A DNA stretch of 58,592 nucleotides from an uncultured Leptolinea sp. Its GTDB lineage: Bacteria; Chloroflexota; Anaerolineae; Anaerolineales; Anaerolineaceae. Position 1 is the first letter of the stretch. The number at the start of each line of letters is the position of its first letter. The notes under the pieces are model-generated. The model made no database searches and was not told the DNA's origin. It saw only the letters and a list, made by a program, of their open reading frames with translations. The position numbers and the translations under genes are program-made. Below are positions 55,832-58,592 of this stretch, piece after piece. The stretch lies in assembly GCA_964457635.1 (NCBI GenBank), contig CAYWGX010000001.1, positions 1 to 58,592 on the forward strand, written 5' to 3'.

Positions 55832-57226
55832 TCACTGTCCACTGACAATTGACAACTGTTCACTGATATAACGAGCAACATGGACACCACTGACGGAGGC
55901 GTGAGAAAGCGAATGGGTGATGCCGCTGCAGTCACCAATCACGAACAACCCCTTATGACGGGTTTCCAGATGTTCATCCAGTGCGACCTCCATGTTGTAG
56001 AATTTAACTTCGACGCCATAGAGCAGTGTATCGATGTTAGCGGTACCCGGAGCGATTTTATCAAGCGCATAGATCATCTCGATAATGCCATCGAGGATCC
56101 GCTTCGGGATGACCAGGCTCAGGTCACCGGGTGTGGCGGCCAGTGTCGGGACCGTGAAACATTCACGCATGCGGCTGGGGGTACTGCGCCGTCCGCGGAT
56201 CAAGTCACCGAAGCGCTGCACCAAAACCCCTCCGCCCAGCATGTTGGAAAGACGGGCAATGCTTTCGCCATAATCGTTGCTGTCCTTGAAGGGTTCGGAA
56301 AAATGTTTGGTGACCAGCAGTGCAAAATTGGTGTTCTGCGTCCATTTTGCTGGGTCTTCAAAGCTGTGACCGTTAACGGTGACGATGCCGTTGGTGTTTT
56401 CATTGACGACCGCGCCGTGCGGGTTCATGCAGAAGGTACGGACCAAGTCGCCGGTTTTTTCGGTCCGGTAAAGAATTTTGCTCTCATACAGCGAATCGGT
56501 AATGTGAGAAAAAACTTCCGCAGGCAGTTCCACTCGGACGCCGATGTCGACCCGGTTGGATTTTGTCGGAATCTTGAGATCGCGGCAGACCTGCTCCATC
56601 CATTTGGAGCCGCTGCGTCCGCCGGAAATAATGCAAACCGGCGCTTCAAACGTCCCTTTGGAAGTATGGACGAGATATTTTTCATCTGCGATTTCCACTT
56701 TTTCGGCAGTGCTGTAGAAGTGGATGTCTACTTTATTTTTCAGTTCGGCATAGATATTCTGGAGTACGATGTAATTTTTATCCGTTCCGAGATGTCGGAC
56801 GGAAGCGTCCAGCAAGTGCAGTCCGTTCTGAATGCAGATCTTCTTGAATTCGGAATTGGCAGTTGAATAGAGTTTGGTACCTGCACCACCATGAGACATG
56901 TTGATATCGTCAACATAATGCATCAGGTCCAGCGCGGTCACCTTGCCGATATATTCATGCAGCGTACCGCCGAAATCATTGGTGATGTTATATTTTCCGT
57001 CGGAAAATGCGCCGGCACCGCCGAATCCGTTCATAATGGAGCAGTGTTCGCAGTTGATGCAGTTTTTGATTTTCACCCCGTCAATGGGACACTTGCGTTT
57101 TTCCAGCGGTCCACCGCTTTCCAATATGGCGATCTTCAGCTCCGGCCGCAGACGGATCAATTCAAAAGCGGAGAAGATCCCTCCGGGACCGGCTCCGATA
57201 ATCAGCACATCATATTTGTTGTCCAT
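55832..57226 (-). CDS. NAD(P)/FAD-dependent oxidoreductase (uncharacterised family)
   Basis: IIGAGPGG, GFGGAGAFSDGK, RHLGTD, DIGVRVE, RTFCMNP, YGVEVKFY, GDCSG. Confidence 0.9.
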   Translation of the reverse strand: MDNKYDVLIIGAGPGGIFSAFELIRLRPELKIAILESGGPLEKRKCPIDGVKIKNCINCEHCSIMNGFGGAGAFSDGKYNITNDFGGTLHEYIGKVTALDLMHYVDDINMSHGGAGTKLYSTANSEFKKICIQNGLHLLDASVRHLGTDKNYIVLQNIYAELKNKVDIHFYSTAEKVEIADEKYLVHTSKGTFEAPVCIISGGRSGSKWMEQVCRDLKIPTKSNRVDIGVRVELPAEVFSHITDSLYESKILYRTEKTGDLVRTFCMNPHGAVVNENTNGIVTVNGHSFEDPAKWTQNTNFALLVTKHFSEPFKDSNDYGESIARLSNMLGGGVLVQRFGDLIRGRRSTPSRMRECFTVPTLAATPGDLSLVIPKRILDGIIEMIYALDKIAPGTANIDTLLYGVEVKFYNMEVALDEHLETRHKGLFVIGDCSGITHSLSHASVSGVHVARYISEQLSIVSGQ

Positions 57227-57282
57227 AATTGTCTCTCCTCATAAAATACGCTCTTATTATACCTTGTGAAAGTGAGAAAATA

Positions 57283-57316
57283 AAAAAAAAAAACACAGGA
57301 GATTTCCTGTGTTTTT
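57283..57316 (-). terminator. Terminator after the GGDEF gene
   Basis: A-run then AACACAGGA-gatt-TCCTGTGTT (U-tract on the minus strand). Confidence 0.8.
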
Positions 57317-57342
57317 ATAGGAGTTGAATAGTTCAGGACGGA

Positions 57343-58419
57343 TTACATGACGACCCGGTTGCGGCCAGCGACTTTGCCCATGTAAAGTTTTTTGTCAGCT
57401 TTGTCCAGAATGGTTTCGATCGGAGACTTGAAATCATTCTCTTCGATCCCGATGGTGATGGTGATGGAAAAGTCGTTGCCTTCAAAGCTCAGCGGCATTT
57501 TCCGAACGGCTTCACAGAGATCGAACATCACATTCCAGGCCTGATCCAGGTTCTGATTGGGCAGGAAAAAGCAAAATTCTTCACCTCCCCAGCGGCAAAT
57601 TTCATATATTGTTTCCGAACGTTCGCGGAACAGCTTTGCCAATTGCTGCAGCGTATAGTCACCGCAGTTATGCCCATACGTATCATTGACCTTTTTAAAG
57701 AAGTCGATATCACCTATGGCGACACAGAAGGGTAAGTCCGGGGATACTTCACGGTAGAAGCTGATGATATCCAGCATGGCTCTGCGGTTGGCGAGTCCGG
57801 TGAGCGGATCGGTGTCGGCCTCTTTATGAAGCTCCTGGTTGTTGATCCGAAGCTCCCGTTCGGTTTCCTGAATGCTGGAACTGAAGATGATAAAGTCTAT
57901 TGCCAGCGTCAGGAAAAGCGTTACGCTGTTGATCGTCTGATAAAAGACATTTGTCACAGAATCCAGCATATATACCGGCGTATGATGCAGGGAAAAATCG
58001 AACAATACCATCCGGTATGCGAGCAAACCGAGCAGGTTTGCCAGCTTTACCCAGGGTGGTTGGAAAATATTGAAGAAGGAGATCACCAGCAGCGGGATCA
58101 GCATGTGCTGGCCGCCTGACCCCCATCCGAATGAATAGATATACCATCCGGTCCAGACTACTGTAAGAAAGGTGTATGCGATGATGTTTGTGCGCATACT
58201 CATTTTGTTGCTGTACGCAAAACAGGCTGTCATCAGGACCAGAAGAATAATGGGGACTATTACAAAACGCTGGGTTTTCCGGATAAAAACGAGCAGACTG
58301 AGCAGGAAATAAAAAGCCATTATTTCCTCATTCATGACCAGAGCGCTTTTATAATATTTCGGCATTTCGGTCACGCTTTTGGGAACTTTTTTATGGAAGA
58401 AATCAAGAATATACTTCAT
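57343..58419 (-). CDS. Membrane-bound diguanylate cyclase
   Basis: About 6 TMs; DPLTGLANRR, DIDFFKKVNDTYGH, RWGGEEF, ADKKLY..K..GRN. Confidence 0.95.
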   Translation of the reverse strand: MKYILDFFHKKVPKSVTEMPKYYKSALVMNEEIMAFYFLLSLLVFIRKTQRFVIVPIILLVLMTACFAYSNKMSMRTNIIAYTFLTVVWTGWYIYSFGWGSGGQHMLIPLLVISFFNIFQPPWVKLANLLGLLAYRMVLFDFSLHHTPVYMLDSVTNVFYQTINSVTLFLTLAIDFIIFSSSIQETERELRINNQELHKEADTDPLTGLANRRAMLDIISFYREVSPDLPFCVAIGDIDFFKKVNDTYGHNCGDYTLQQLAKLFRERSETIYEICRWGGEEFCFFLPNQNLDQAWNVMFDLCEAVRKMPLSFEGNDFSITITIGIEENDFKSPIETILDKADKKLYMGKVAGRNRVVM

Positions 58420-58592
58420 GCCTCTGCCTTTTAGATTTTCCTGTATTATTCTTCAATTTTATTATACTATGATAATTTTTGATTTTGGTATAAAAGAATC
58501 TATTTTGGGTTATTACTTTATTAGTTACTGTTCAGGGTCAATGTCATTTACTTAGGAATATTCCAATAAAAAAGAAAGAAAATACAAGTAAA

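Overview
A 58.6 kb bacterial chromosomal segment. It is most consistent with an anaerobic Chloroflexota/Anaerolineae (Flexilinea-like) organism; this is inferred from the Pro/Thr-rich lipoproteins, NBR1-Ig-like domains and the style of the mre/parAB genes. Core genes include trxA, rnz, gltX, mreBCD-mrdA-rodA, secG, parAB, nusB and metF. There is a selenium-cofactor cluster (yqeB-yqeC-DUF3343-cysteine desulfurase-tusA-yedE, with a divergent Cys-type selD) and a desulfoferrodoxin-rubredoxin pair (the rubredoxin is missing from the ORF track). A Tyr-specifier T-box riboswitch leads an acyl-CoA ligase-iorAB-paaK-ACT-aminotransferase operon, probably for aromatic amino acid synthesis from arylacetates. 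The most novel signal is a pair of orphan genes about 20 kb apart (28177-29331 + and 49335-50393 -). They are paralogues sharing a helical N-terminal domain and an acidic tail, they share a colinear ~65-70 bp upstream dyad/promoter element, and each lies next to REP-like palindromes. Intergenic DNA also holds a ~67 bp REP-like family (6 copies), two MITE-like elements with target-site duplications, and two heptamer-repeat families. No rRNA, tRNA, CRISPR array or transposase was seen. All alignments and counts were done by eye; no database search was run.
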